A stretch of DNA of 64,000 nucleotides from Utricularia gibba (taxonomy: Eukaryota > Plantae > Magnoliophyta): positions 372,001 through 436,000 of the forward strand of contig NEEC01000002.1 of NCBI GenBank assembly GCA_002189035.1, written 5' to 3'. The notes under the pieces were generated by a model. The model did not search any database and was not told where the DNA came from. It worked only from the letters and a program-made list of their open reading frames with translations. The position numbers and the translations under genes are program-made. Each line of letters opens with the position of its first letter. Position 1 is the first letter of the stretch. Below are positions 38,476 to 50,900 of this stretch, piece by piece.

Positions 38476-39893
38476 ATGAATCCGCCGGAGCCCGGAACCA
38501 GCAAGCGGAAGCGCCGCCCTGCCGGAACCCCAGGTACCTCACCCAAACGAATCAAAATCAGAAAAAGTATTGGATGAAAAATGGCGAGTTCGAAAAAATT
38601 GCTGTGGGCCTGCAGATCCGGATGCAGAAGTGGTGTCACTGTCGCCGAGGACGCTCCTGGAATCGGACCGGTATATCTGCGAGATCTGCAACCAGGGATT
38701 TCAGCGCGATCAGAATCTGCAGATGCACCGCCGCCGGCACAAGGTGCCGTGGAAGCTTCTGAAACGCGAAACTCCTGTTTCGAAGAAACGGGTGTTCGTG
38801 TGCCCTGAGCCCACGTGCCTTCACCACGACCCGTGTCACGCTCTGGGCGACCTCGTCGGAATCAAGAAGCACTTCCGTCGGAAGCACAGTGATCACCGCC
38901 AATGGGTTTGTGAGAAGTGCTCTAAAAGCTACGCCGTTCAGTCGGACTACAAAGCCCATCTCAAAACCTGCGGCACTCGCGGGCACTCCTGCGATTGCGG
39001 CCGCGTTTTTTCCAGGTTCAATAATTCTGGGAAGGAAATCAATGTTTATGGGATTGAGTGTGAGAATGTTTTGGGGGAAGTGGGGATTTTCTGCCATTAG
39101 TTTAGCTGACTTTGAGAGTTACGAGGTAAAAGAAGACAAGGTTTCCATTGCCAAGTTACAGCTTTTGGGCATCTGCAATCAGTCGTTTTGATTTCCGATT
39201 GCTTGAGTTGAATTGGAGGAGTTTCTCAATACTTTTTTCATTTTGAATTGTATGCAACTGATTCTGAAAATTGGGTTTTATGTTGTTGTTAGGGTGGAGA
39301 GCTTCATCGAGCACCAAGACGCATGCACGATGCGGCGGTTCCGATTGGGCGGCGGGGGTGCTACTAGTTCTTCCAACGACACTGATCCTTCGTCCTGGGT
39401 TTTCACGAAGCCCCTTGACCAAAACCCCATTTTCCTCGACCCCGCCGCCGCCGCGGTCGGGAATCATATCCGGCGGCCGTCTATCGAACTCCAGCTTCTA
39501 ACAAAGCACGAGGATCATCGTCATGTCCAGCCCTCAATCCCTTCGTCAGAGCTACCCACTCCCGAGATCCAGGCGCCGCCATCCACGGAGGAGCAGCTGA
39601 GAATCGCCATGGCGGAGAAGTTTCAAGCGGAGGAGGCACGGCGGCAGGCGCAGTTACAAAAAAATGCCGCGGAGAAAGAATTCGCCAACGCGAGGATTAT
39701 CCGGCAGCAAGCTGCGACGGAACTGGAGAAAGCTCAGGCGCTGAGAACCCACGCTGCGGAGCAAATGGAAGCGGCGCTGTCCCTGATAAAGTGCAGCTAT
39801 TGCAAGCAGAATCTCCGGCCGGTGGAAGACTGTGGGCCGATGAGCCACATTACAGCTGCTGTCAAAGAATGGGGATCCCGGAATCAAAAGTAG
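38476..39893 (+). CDS. INDETERMINATE DOMAIN zinc-finger transcription factor, IDD14/15/16 (SGR5) clade
   Basis: Exons 38476-38533, 38616-39015 and 39293-39893: KRKRRPAGTPDPDAEVVSLSPRTLLESDRYICEICNQGFQRDQNLQMHRRRH..CDCGRVFSRVESFIEHQDAC, followed by the coiled coil EQLRIAMAEKFQAEEARRQA. Confidence 0.93.
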
Positions 39894-42800
39894 AAATCAG
39901 TTTCGGGATCATGCAACACAAACGCTGCAGACAGAAATGGGTCCTTTTGGCTCTGCCCAAAAGCCACATGATAAACCCCAGCTTTTTCATCATCTCAGAA
40001 GCTCCAGCTTTTTGATATTGTCATCGTCATCAAACTCAACCCCATTCTTAATCCACATTACACTCAAATCCCTTACAGCCATCACAGAAACCCACAACAA
40101 CTTCAATACGGTGCCCTAACCATCACCCCACACTCATCCATCAGGGAACTCGAAATCCCTGAAGGGCACAGCATTTCTATCATCACGGACTTACAGCACT
40201 GCAAACAGAATTCACACAGACTTCTATACTGCATCCCTACCTAAAAACATTCCGGTGGCATCGGACTTAAAGTGGAATCACTTCAAGAAAGAAACAGCGA
40301 AGATGGAGCGCTACTGATAGACCGAGCGGTCGGATTGGAGCCCAGAGGACGCAGAGCGGCGTGCAGGTTTCCGTATTTCCGAATAAACCCAAAAAAGGAA
40401 GAAGAATGTGGGGTTCTGGGTGGGGAATGGAGAAAAAGGACGTGAGAGCGGCGGGGATACAAATGAATGTGAAGCATTTAATGGGAAATGTTCAGTAGCC
40501 CTAAATGTTCGGTTGTCGTTCCGGCCTCGGCGCTTGGAGTATTCGGGAAACGAAGAGTTAGCCACACAGAAGGCTCGCCATGGGTTTCAGTGCCACTCAG
40601 ACCCACAAATCCATTATTTAAAAATTTTATTTTTAAATAATTAATCATCCTATGATATATTTATAAAAAATAATAATATATATTTGAGTTATTTATTTTT
40701 AAATAACACATGTATAATACGATTAAAGTAAAAATGCATTTCACACATTGCTTTCAAATATATATATTTAAAATAATAATAATATGTTTAAAACAAATAA
40801 TTGTATAAATTACGTACTGAATGGGCAGGTCAAAAAAAGGAGGCGAGGGTAAAAAGGGGGTTTCTTGGCCCACCGTAAAAAAAAGAGGTTTCACTGACTG
40901 TAAAAGGGAATTATCGCACCAACAATTTACCCTTCCGGTCAACAAGCAATGAATGAATCTGTTTTATATTTATTTTTTCTCCGGGTCCCACAAGAGTGAT
41001 TTACAAAATTGGGAATTGATCCATGCCCTAATTTTGGAATATCCGTTATTTATTTATATTATTTATTTCAGTTGATTGTCACAGCGGTAAAAAAGGGCAG
41101 AGTTTACCTTTTCACTGACTCTTTTTTCACCCGGTCGGTGAATCCGTGGGTTAGTATTTAGGTCACGTTGCAGCTTTTCACAGCTACGGATGTGCACTGC
41201 ACACACTCTCATGAACACGCACATCACAAACAAAACCGAATTTCCCTTTTTTATATAATTCACACACAGATATTTGTGATTTTTTTATTAATTTTGGTTT
41301 TCTTAAAAAATTAAATTATTGATTTTCCTAAAAATCAAAATTCTTGACTTTTTAAGCTCTCCGTACTAAAATTCAAGATTGGATTTAGAATAAACTTAAA
41401 TAAAAAATAGGGGCTCTCATGCTCAAAAATGGAGAAATGACGAAATGGCCCTTCATGGCGGGATTCCTCATCCTGTTTGTTAATGTGAAAATTGACTCTT
41501 CTAATTTAATACGCTCACTTTCGAAAAAAAGGAGCGGTAATAAAATCTAAAAAGGGTCGGTTCCAAGGGGGACAATCAGACAGCAGGGTTGGAATAGTAA
41601 TTGCAGCCTTACTTCTAGATGCATATCAAATAGGACCAAGGTTGGCAATAGAAATATTGAAAATAAACAATAAATTCATTAATAAAAATACAATAAATAA
41701 ATAATTCACACCATTAAATGTCGATCGAAACACAAATCAGTTTGAATTTTGAAATCGCTGTATTTTTAATTAATATAAAGAAAAAAAACACATTTTGAAA
41801 ATATAAACGATTCTCAATAATCCAGACTTGAAAATCAAGGCCCAAGGCCCATTCTAAACCCTAGAAAATTCTGTGTGCGTAAAAACAGGGATTGGGGGGG
41901 GGGGGGACTGAGGCCCACGTGTGTGCTCAAAAAGCAATTGTGTGAACTTTTGTGGCAAAAATGAAATACAAGAAAAATAAAGAAAAGCAAAATGGTCTCT
42001 TCTCCATGAAGGAAGGCACCCACCCACTCACCATCCCCATGGCATAGCACCATGGGGGTCTCTATTCTATTCTCCCATTTCCTTTTTATTGATACCCAAC
42101 CAATTCTTATCTTATCATATAAAAAAAACGACGATTTCGATATATATATATATTCTAAACACATCTATCCGTCACGAGTTCGAACTCGATCCGACGTCGC
42201 ATGGGCGATTTCGCTTAGTGAGCAAGGAATGAGTTGATAATGAAGATGATTGAATTTTCCCGACTTTTAGGCAATGGTATTTGCATGGTGACTGAGTCAC
42301 GAGCGCCTCTTTTGATCAGATAAAATCCACGTTGCTCCTCTTTTTTGCCCCATTAAATATATTAAATCCCATTTTTCAAAATATAATTTCTTTTGCCGTG
42401 CCCTAGACCGGATTTCTTATCATTGATTCTTTTTATATTAAAGTTTTTATTTTTTCAGTAGTATCGAATTGGACTTATAATTTTAATAGTATATGTACCG
42501 AATGTGCTTTTATAACAGTGTTTTGTGAGACAATTGCTTGTGCCGACAAAGACATGGATCCGGATACAGTTTTACATGATTAACATTCCTCTTATACAAT
42601 ATAATTCGTTTTAACTATTAAATTTTTATGTTTTTACGTTTTTTTTTCATAGAAAAAATCTCATATAAAATTAGAATAGATTTTCTCTTTAAATATATTC
42701 ATTTTCCATTCGTAACCAATGTGAAATATTGTTATTAAACCTCTAATCACACAACCATACAATGATGAAAACTATTAGCTCAAGCAAAAGGGTGTGTACA

Positions 42801-43819
42801 AATCTAGGAAAATAGAACCAAAATTAAAGATTTTAGATTTTATTAAATTTTTATTTTTTATTATTTATTTTTACATGGGGTGAGTGTACTGTAACCCATC
42901 CTTTTTATAAAGAATAACTGTATATGTATATAAATAGAAGAGAGTGTGGTAGTAGAATATGAGCGGGAAAAGGGGGCCACTTTACCTCAAGAAAAAGCAC
43001 ATCACTCTGCGTGGCAAAAAATTGTCGACGAAGAAAAGAAAAATTCTGGGAAAGTGGGAATATATTTTTGTTATCTAATTAATTTTTACATTAGGTTATA
43101 ACTTATAATTCTGATTTTGATAAGATGGAATGAATTTCAAAGAAAATGGTGAAAATTTTCAAAGTACATTTGAATAGATTCGATAAAAAAAATATAATTT
43201 ATAAATTATTAATGGATATGAAATTTTAAGGTAAAAAAAACTTGATAACGGTATAGTACGAATAGAGGATAAAATATGCTTAAATAACAAGATTTTTCTA
43301 ATTTTGTATAATCTATTTTTCTCAAAAGAAAAAAACAAAAAATCATGAAAATTGATTGATCAACACGAACAATATTATATAAAGAATAATATGGATTATA
43401 ACAAAAATAGATAATTATTTTACATTAAAAATTATATAAAATAAGTATCAATTCGATTTTATAAATCTAATTAAGTATATAGTTGGTTTATTTTAAAAAA
43501 TGAAAAATATTTATTGATAAAAAGAAATTATTAAATAAAGTTTAAATTTATGAATGAAATTGAATAAATCCCATCTAATGCATTTTTTAAATATATTAAT
43601 ATACGAGAGATGGAATATTTAAATTAAAGTATAGATGAATATCAATAAAAATAATAAAAAATATATCTTTTACAAATGATTTAGAAAGTATATAATATTT
43701 TTGTATTTTGCAAAAATTGGCATTTTCTTTGTCTCTCTATATAAAGGGTGGAGTCGAAGACCACGAGCCCCACTCACTTCTTCTGTCTTTCAATATTCGC
43801 CTTGCAACTGTTCGACGGA

Positions 43820-44607
43820 ATGCCAAAACCAGGTTTTCCTCAAGACGCATCCTGCAACTTGCCCCCCGGATTCCGCTTCGAGCCCACCGACGAAGAGATC
43901 GTCTTCCAGTACCTGGCCTGTAAAACCCTGTCCCGTCCCTTGCCGGCTTCAATCGTCCCGGAGATCGATGTCTTCGCTGCGGATCCGTGGGAGCTACCAG
44001 GTATCGAATGCTTCATCCGCTTATCAGTTGTCACGCTTGTTGCTTACTGTTAACGATATTTTGACGTGTAGGTGAATTGGAGCGAGATAGGTACTTCTTC
44101 AGTAACATGGCGAGCAACATGGGTCGAACGAAGAAGACGACCTGCACTGGGTTCTGGAAGCCAATAGGTTTCCAGAAACTGATTGTTTCCCCATCTAGAA
44201 TGCCAATAGTCGGGATCAAGAAGACTCTAGTGTTCTACAGAGGGAAAGGCCTCCGTGCTTCTAGAACTGATTGGATCGTTCATGTCTACTTCATCGCCCT
44301 CGCCCACAACAAAGCACCTCGCAGCAATCACCATTTCCAGGTAACAACTATAACAGTATGCTGTACAATGGAATTTGACCTCAAAACCCTCATTGGAACT
44401 CCATACTTAAAGCTGCTTGTGTTGGGGCATTTCCAGGGATCCCTGGTTCGATTAGGGAAGTGGGTTTTGTGCCACGTGTTGTCCAGGAATGGTGGCAGCC
44501 ATGTACAGAAGAATAGTGTGGGACAAGAAACGAGCGACGCGGAGTCCTCGTTCTCGGACACGGAGTCCAGCACTCTCGACGAATCGGTTTCTTCTACTAG
44601 TTCATAA
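43820..44607 (+). CDS. Short NAC-domain transcription factor (NAC83-like)
   Basis: Three exons: LPPGFRFEPTDEEIVFQYL..DPWELPG / ERDRYFFS..GFWKPIG..VGIKKTLVFYRGKG..RTDW / KWVLC. TATATAAA lies at about 43738. Confidence 0.88.
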
Positions 44608-44770
44608 GTGAGAAAAGGCAGCTAGCACATGTATGTATCATATAACGCAATCCACATCAGTTTCCTCACGTGTAGCTTCAGATTACACTTTTTTCAACTC
44701 ACATTCGTAATCCATCGCCAACATTCACCAAGATCTGATTAACACACATTATTAACTTCGTATTGAGAAT

Positions 44771-44792
44771 TATATATATATATATATATATA
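44771..44792. repeat. (TA)11 microsatellite
   Basis: Direct reading of the sequence. Confidence 0.9.
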
Positions 44793-45296
44793 TTCCACAT
44801 TGATTACGAATTAGATATACGTATGTAAATAGATGAATGCTTATAATTTTATACAATGTTTTTTTCTTAAAAAATAACTTTAAATTATGATAGTTAGACA
44901 TCTAAATTATACAATATTGTACAAATATAATGTATGTATAACAAAAAATTTCAATTTTAGTACAGATAAATAATTCAATTAAATCTTGTTTAAAAAAGCT
45001 AAATCAGTAATGAGAGCCACATGATATACTTATCTTTGTTTTCTTTCAAACCTTTTCGAAAGTCAACTATTTAAAAAAAGCAGAAAGCAAACATAAAAAA
45101 AAAAAGAAAGGGGGAAAAAAGAGGCTGGAGATTTCATTTAAAGGATCCTTTTTGTGGATTTGGACAGCAAATTTTTTTGTTCGCAACAGCAGGAAGCAAA
45201 GTATATGCTTAGTAGAGGCGGGGGCGCTTTCCCTTGAAAACCCAACCCACGAAAGCACGACAAAAGCAACTAAAAATGCTCGAAGAAGAAGAAGAA

Positions 45297-45608
45297 GAAA
45301 AGTCCACTTGCGAGTTCTCTTTCCTCCGATCTATGGAGAACCAGGTGTTGGAAAGAAAAAAGAACTGGTCTGCGATGATGAACTTCAGGATTGGGATTTG
45401 GGCATCCGGAACCCTAACCCTAGCGTGAGGACGCGCGCCAATAGACAGAGTAGGAATAAAATAATAATAATATATCTCATTTTCTCATGGGCTCGTGGGC
45501 CGCCGGGTCGACCCAGCCCCGCCTCTGCCACACGGTATTGTATTGGAAATCCCAAGACGGGCTGGACTGAGCTGGCCCGAGCCGGGCCTTCTTGAAAAGT
45601 CCACTTGC
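45297..45608. repeat. 15-bp direct repeat GAAAAGTCCACTTGC flanking a GC-rich promoter-like segment
   Basis: Identical copies at 45297-45311 and 45594-45608. Confidence 0.75.
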
Positions 45609-46508
45609 TTCAACCCTTGGGAGCTCTTCTTGGAGCCCATCCTAAACATAATATTCATAAAAATTTCATGAGAATGTTGATTTGTTAGCTGCTAGTGAAT
45701 TTTGTTGCATTAAGTACATACGATGGCATTGAGAAACCTAACACTAACAACGCATTGGCATTACATATGCAATTAGTTTGAATAAGAGGGAGGAGTTTGT
45801 AATTTTTCAAACGGTCTAGTGATGGTAGTATCCAACTCCTAGATTTCCTCCACCAACGGCGAAAACGGGGTTTCCTTTTTTTGACCGTTACCTCGGACTC
45901 CAAGTCCATCAAATCTGGTTTTTTTATTATTTTTTAGACCATCGGATCAATCACAATTCCGGACCTCTAAAGCGGTTTTGTTCTTCTAAATAAATAAAAA
46001 ATATGAAGTTCTTTGTACTTTGGATTCATTTTTTCATTGCCATTAGAATTTTTGTTGAAAATGATTGCAAGTTTGCCACAAGAGGATGAAGCAAGGGAAG
46101 ATGAAGGAAATGATCATGGTGTTTAAAGATCCCACAGTCCATTTCAGTTAAGGTCTCTCTACTTTCATATCTCTGCATATTTCATATTCTTTCCTGAAAC
46201 TTCCAAAATGAAATATACTCGAGCTATGCAGATGATGCAGCACAAAGTATTGGTTCAAGCTCTATCAGACAATATCAAGAAAGCATACATGTTGCTTCTA
46301 TAAGGAAATTGAAAGGTACATGAGTGTGATAACCAACAATAAACAATTGCAGAACACCCTCCTGAGTGTGATAAGCAAATTCAAAAGTTGGCATCTTTCA
46401 CTATATAAGGAGACTACGTGAGAGCAATTTGGTATCTCTAAGCATATTCTTCAAGTTCACAAAGTAGGTAGGTGATGAGGCAACTAACCGAGTAGAAAAG
46501 GGTTGAAG

Positions 46509-46820
46509 CTAGAAGAACTTTAGTTTTCCCTTGGCCATGGAATCTTTGACATGCTGCAATTGACAGGATACTTTCTGGGCAGCAGCCAAACCAGAACATG
46601 AATTTGTTGATCCCAGAGTCACAGCAAAGTATAAATAAACGGTGCACAGGCAAGCAAGAATGGCAAGAGCTGTGAGAAGAAAGGAGTGCCTCTTAAGTAG
46701 AACTGCGCAGCTCCCGAGATCGTGGGCTCGAGAAAACTGTCTCTTGACCGGTGCTACAGAAAAGGCAGTCTGAGTTTGAGATCTCCTGTGGGGCGAAGCT
46801 ATCAGACTGTCAAGAGTCAT
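46509..46820 (-). CDS. Conserved 103-aa plant single-pass membrane protein of unknown function
   Basis: MTLDSLIASPHRRS..LLKRHSFLLTALAILACLCTVYLYFAVTLG..SCSGL..C..HVKDSMAKGKLKFF*. This matches a recalled conserved plant family; an intron-containing 5' leader extends to about 47340. Confidence 0.8.
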   Translation of the reverse strand: MTLDSLIASPHRRSQTQTAFSVAPVKRQFSRAHDLGSCAVLLKRHSFLLTALAILACLCTVYLYFAVTLGSTNSCSGLAAAQKVSCQLQHVKDSMAKGKLKFF

Positions 46821-47963
46821 GGTGTGACCTGAGAAGTAAGTAACACCACCCAAGTCAAAATAGAGTTGGAACTGCTTCTTTTGCAGTAAGGAAAACACAC
46901 AAGATCTCCAGAGTTCGCAGCAACAAGGATGTGTAGACCCTGAGATTTCTATCAATCAAATGCAAAAACAACAACTCCGTCGAAATCTACAATACCCAAT
47001 CAGGAAAAACCCTAAATCACAAAAACACAGCAAGCAAATCCGATCCTAAACAAACCGACCAAATTCCACCACAGAAATCCGAACCCAAATAACGAAACCC
47101 TTCCGCGATAAAGATCAGGGAGAACCCAAATGCGCACCTACGACAACGAGCTGGCTCCGAATCCAAGAGACCCCGACCGGATTCCCTTGACTCCCAATTG
47201 AAGACGCATTACCAAGAACATATAGCACAGAATCGAGTTCACAAGGAAGCGTTGAGAAAAGGAAAGAAAATGACGGAATAACGACAAATGTTCGTCGTCA
47301 CACAGAAAATCGTTCCACCACTGTAGCCCTTCACTTTCGGGTGGGTCCCACAATTTGTTTTTGGTATTTTACAAATGATTAATAATATTTTATTTGGAGA
47401 AAAGAATAATTATTCACGTGAAAAGAGGAGTTGAACAAGACGCGGTGATCGGAGAGACAAAAAAGATGACCGATGGCGGGACTCGGCGTATAAGAAGAAC
47501 AAACCTCTAACGGAAATCTCGTTCCGTTCAGCTCTCAACGGGGATCCGTTTATCCCGCTCTCTCTCTGTCACTGGAGAGCATCAAATCTCACTCCCATTC
47601 GTGTGATTCCGTTCCAGGTTTCTCTACGATCATTTCACAGGGGTTTGAATTGATCCAAGGTTTCGTCCATGTCCGATTTTTTGTTTCGTTAATGTATTTA
47701 ATGCTGTGGGATGTTGGTGGTACAATCTGGTTTCTCGTGAGTGCTTCTTCATGCCTATTGGCGTAGTGCATTTACGCATGGCGTTGAAATCACATGCATG
47801 TGGATTGAATTAGATGGAGTAAAGTCGACATGGGTGTGCTTTTTTGTTTCTAGTATTGAATGTTTTTGATTCGTATGAGGTTTTGAGATCTAAGGTGTGA
47901 TCGATGAGATCTGAGGTGAAGGCTTTTTCGCAGGTGTGAGAGTGCAGTGAGTGTTTTGGTTTA

Positions 47964-50900
47964 ATGGAGGAGAGGAAGAAGTATCCGATTGGGGCGGAGC
48001 ACTATACTCTGTTCGAGGAGGTGGGGAATGGAGGCAGTGCTTCAGTTTATCGCGCAAAATGTAACTCGTTCAATGAGATCGTGGCGATTAAGATTCTTGA
48101 CTTCGAACGGCATAATTGTGATGTGGTAAGGTTTCTCTCTTTTGAATGCGATTTTCGTGTGTATTCCGCTCTCCGACTATTCGGTTTATGCGCAAGTGCG
48201 TTTCCGTTGTGGTTTTCTATTCTGTCAGAAGTTTCTTCTGCTGTAATATAAATTCAATGAGCGTGGTGTTACAGAGCATATGGTTTTTCTCATCTTGACA
48301 AGAAAATTCTGATTCGGTTATTTCATATTGCATCTAGAATAACGTCTCACGGGAAGCGCAAACGATGGTTCTCATTAACCATCCGAATGTTCTGAAATCG
48401 CTCTGCTCATTCGTCAGTGACCACAATTTGTGGGTTGTGATGCCTTACATGGCTGGAGGTTCTTGCTTACATATTTTAAAGGCTGCGCACCCTGATGGTT
48501 TTGAGGAGGTTGTCATTGCTACAATCTTGCGTGAGGCGTTGAAGGGCTTGGATTACCTTCATCAACATGGCCATATTCACCGTGATGTCAAGGTAAGTAG
48601 ACGGAATTGCAAGCAACTGCAATGTGCTACCAAACTCTGGTCTTACTGTCGTATTTCCAAGTGTTACATTGCATTTAAAACTGACACATTCTTGGTTTCT
48701 AGTTAAGAAGTGCATAAATTTCCTACTCTATTCATCTTCTCTCAATATCTGGAAACTTTCAGGCTGGAAATATTTTAATTGATTCTCGTGGAGCAATCAA
48801 ACTGGGTGATTTTGGCGTATCAGCCTACTTGTTTGACTCGGGCGACAGGCAGCGAATAAGAAATACATTTGTTGGGACACCCTGCTGGTACGTAAAGCAT
48901 CTTTTCTTTTGCTCTTGTTGTTGAACACATCTGAACATTGCCGTAGTTATTTCGTGATGTGTGATCTCTTCAGATTTGGTGCTCCAGTATGATAGTTTTG
49001 TCTATCTTTGTAGGATGGCACCAGAGGTCATGGAGCAATTACATGGTTATGATTTCAAGTATGCTCGTGGGTTTCTCAATATCTGCTTTCCTAGCTGAGC
49101 AATCACTTTGTAATTTTCTTATATTGACAAGTTACATTTCATTTCAGAGCTGATATTTGGTCATTTGGGATAACAGCTTTGGAGCTTGCCCATGGCCATG
49201 CCCCTTTCTCAAAGTATCCTCCAATGAAGGTGCTAAACAATAGTTTTGGATTCTATTTCTATTTATCAACCCTTTTTAACATTAAAAAAAACCATGCATT
49301 TTGCAATTTGATTTTTTCCATAGGTGTTGCTTATGACATTGCAAAACGCACCCCCAGGTCTCGATTATGAAAGAGACCAAAAGTTTTCGAAGGTATGCCT
49401 TTTAAAATGACACAGAGCTAATGTCTTAATTTGACCTATAAGGCATTATTATTATTATCATCTTTTTTGTTCGTGACACCCAGTCCTTCAGGCATATGAT
49501 TGCTAGTTGTTTGGTGAAAGATCCTTCTAAAAGGCCTTCAGCAAAGAAGCTGCTAAAGCATTCTTTCTTCAAACAAGCTCGATCAAATGATTATATTGCT
49601 AGAACACTTCTCAAAGGCTTGCCAGCACTAGGTGATCTTCTTCAGGAATTGAAGGTCTGTGCTTTCATGAAGAGTGATCAATTTAGTCCCTGGTGATGTG
49701 TATTCTCCATCTTGGCCGTATTATAATAATAGAGTTTAACTTATCATAGAGAAGGGAGGAAGATATGGTTGCTCAAAAGAAAATGCCAGATGGAGAAAAG
49801 GAGGAGATATCTCAGGTATTGTCGAAGCCACAAGATAATAGCCATTCTGATTTCACTCATGCACAACCCTTCTCCACTTTATTTTCACTAGTAATACTGA
49901 GCTTCAAACACTTTTTTTTTTTCAATAAGAATTCCCAAAAGACATCCGATACTGATCTGCATCTTAAGCATTTTCAAGCATTCTCAAATTTTTTTCTTCA
50001 TTCAATCAAGCAGCTCCAATACAGTTTCCTTGATGGCATTTCCACTTTTTTTCGGTTTCCTCTACTGGAAATTTTCATGAGCCATGTCCAATCATGAAAC
50101 TCCCCTTAGATTCACTGCTATGATTTGGAAGTGAAAATTGAGGAATGTTTTCATATGATGTTCTCATCTCATCAATTCAATTTAGATGTGAGCCGTCTAG
50201 GATTTGTCGGCCAGTAGTTTGTTTCAGCGGACGACAGATATCCATGATCCTCGTTGGAAATAAGCTGTATTGTTTATGAATTTTGCACAGAATGAATATA
50301 AACGGGGTATCAGTGGTTGGAACTTCAACCTTGATGACATGAAGGCCCAAGCTTCTCTGGTATGTGCTGTTTTTTTCAGTCATATCATGTTGTAAATATG
50401 AGTTTGTAGAGTGACATTTTTTTGCTTAAGTTTAGATCCAAGATGATGATATTATTAGTGAAAAAGATGAAGGTATTCATACCAAGCAAGTTGACCAATT
50501 GCCATCTTCATCCAGCCATAATGAGATATTCCAACACCAGTCATCTTTTTCAAGCCAGCATTCCAACGTTGCAGATTCTGTAAGTTGATAGTTATTTATG
50601 CTGGAAAATTTGAGGTTAAGCAAGAATCGATGCTTTCTTAAACAGTATGGTTCTTTGCACTTTGTAGGACGAAAATGTTCCTTCTGTCTCATCAGCGGAT
50701 TCTCAATTTAACATGTAGGGCTCATGTCTGTCGGGTTCTTAATTTTTTGGTTCATGTTACAAAAACAAAAGTAATTACAGTGTTGTAATTTTCAGTGAAT
50801 GCTTGCCCCACGGAACTGTATTACCCTTATTGAGCTTGCCTGTGATCTTTTTCTGTGTACTTATTGGGCTTTCTTCAATGGATAGACATAAATGTTCGAA

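Noticed and set aside
40141-40186. Box C (GTGATGA) and box D (CTGA) pair on the minus strand, a possible C/D snoRNA
   Set aside because: Only 46 nt box to box, shorter than typical snoRNAs, and I could not identify an rRNA or snRNA-complementary guide. An Rfam or snoscan run would settle it.
41050-41870. Possible telomerase RNA (TATA at 41250, CTAAACCCT at ~41855)
   Set aside because: No convincing USE (TCCCACAT-like) at Pol III spacing; the template-like motif lies in AT-rich context typical of a telo-box.
46002-46150. Short + strand ORF MKFFVLWIHFFIAIRIFVENDCKFATRG*, signal-peptide-like
   Set aside because: 28 aa, with no known peptide-hormone motif (CLE, CEP, RGF, IDA, PSY) in any frame.
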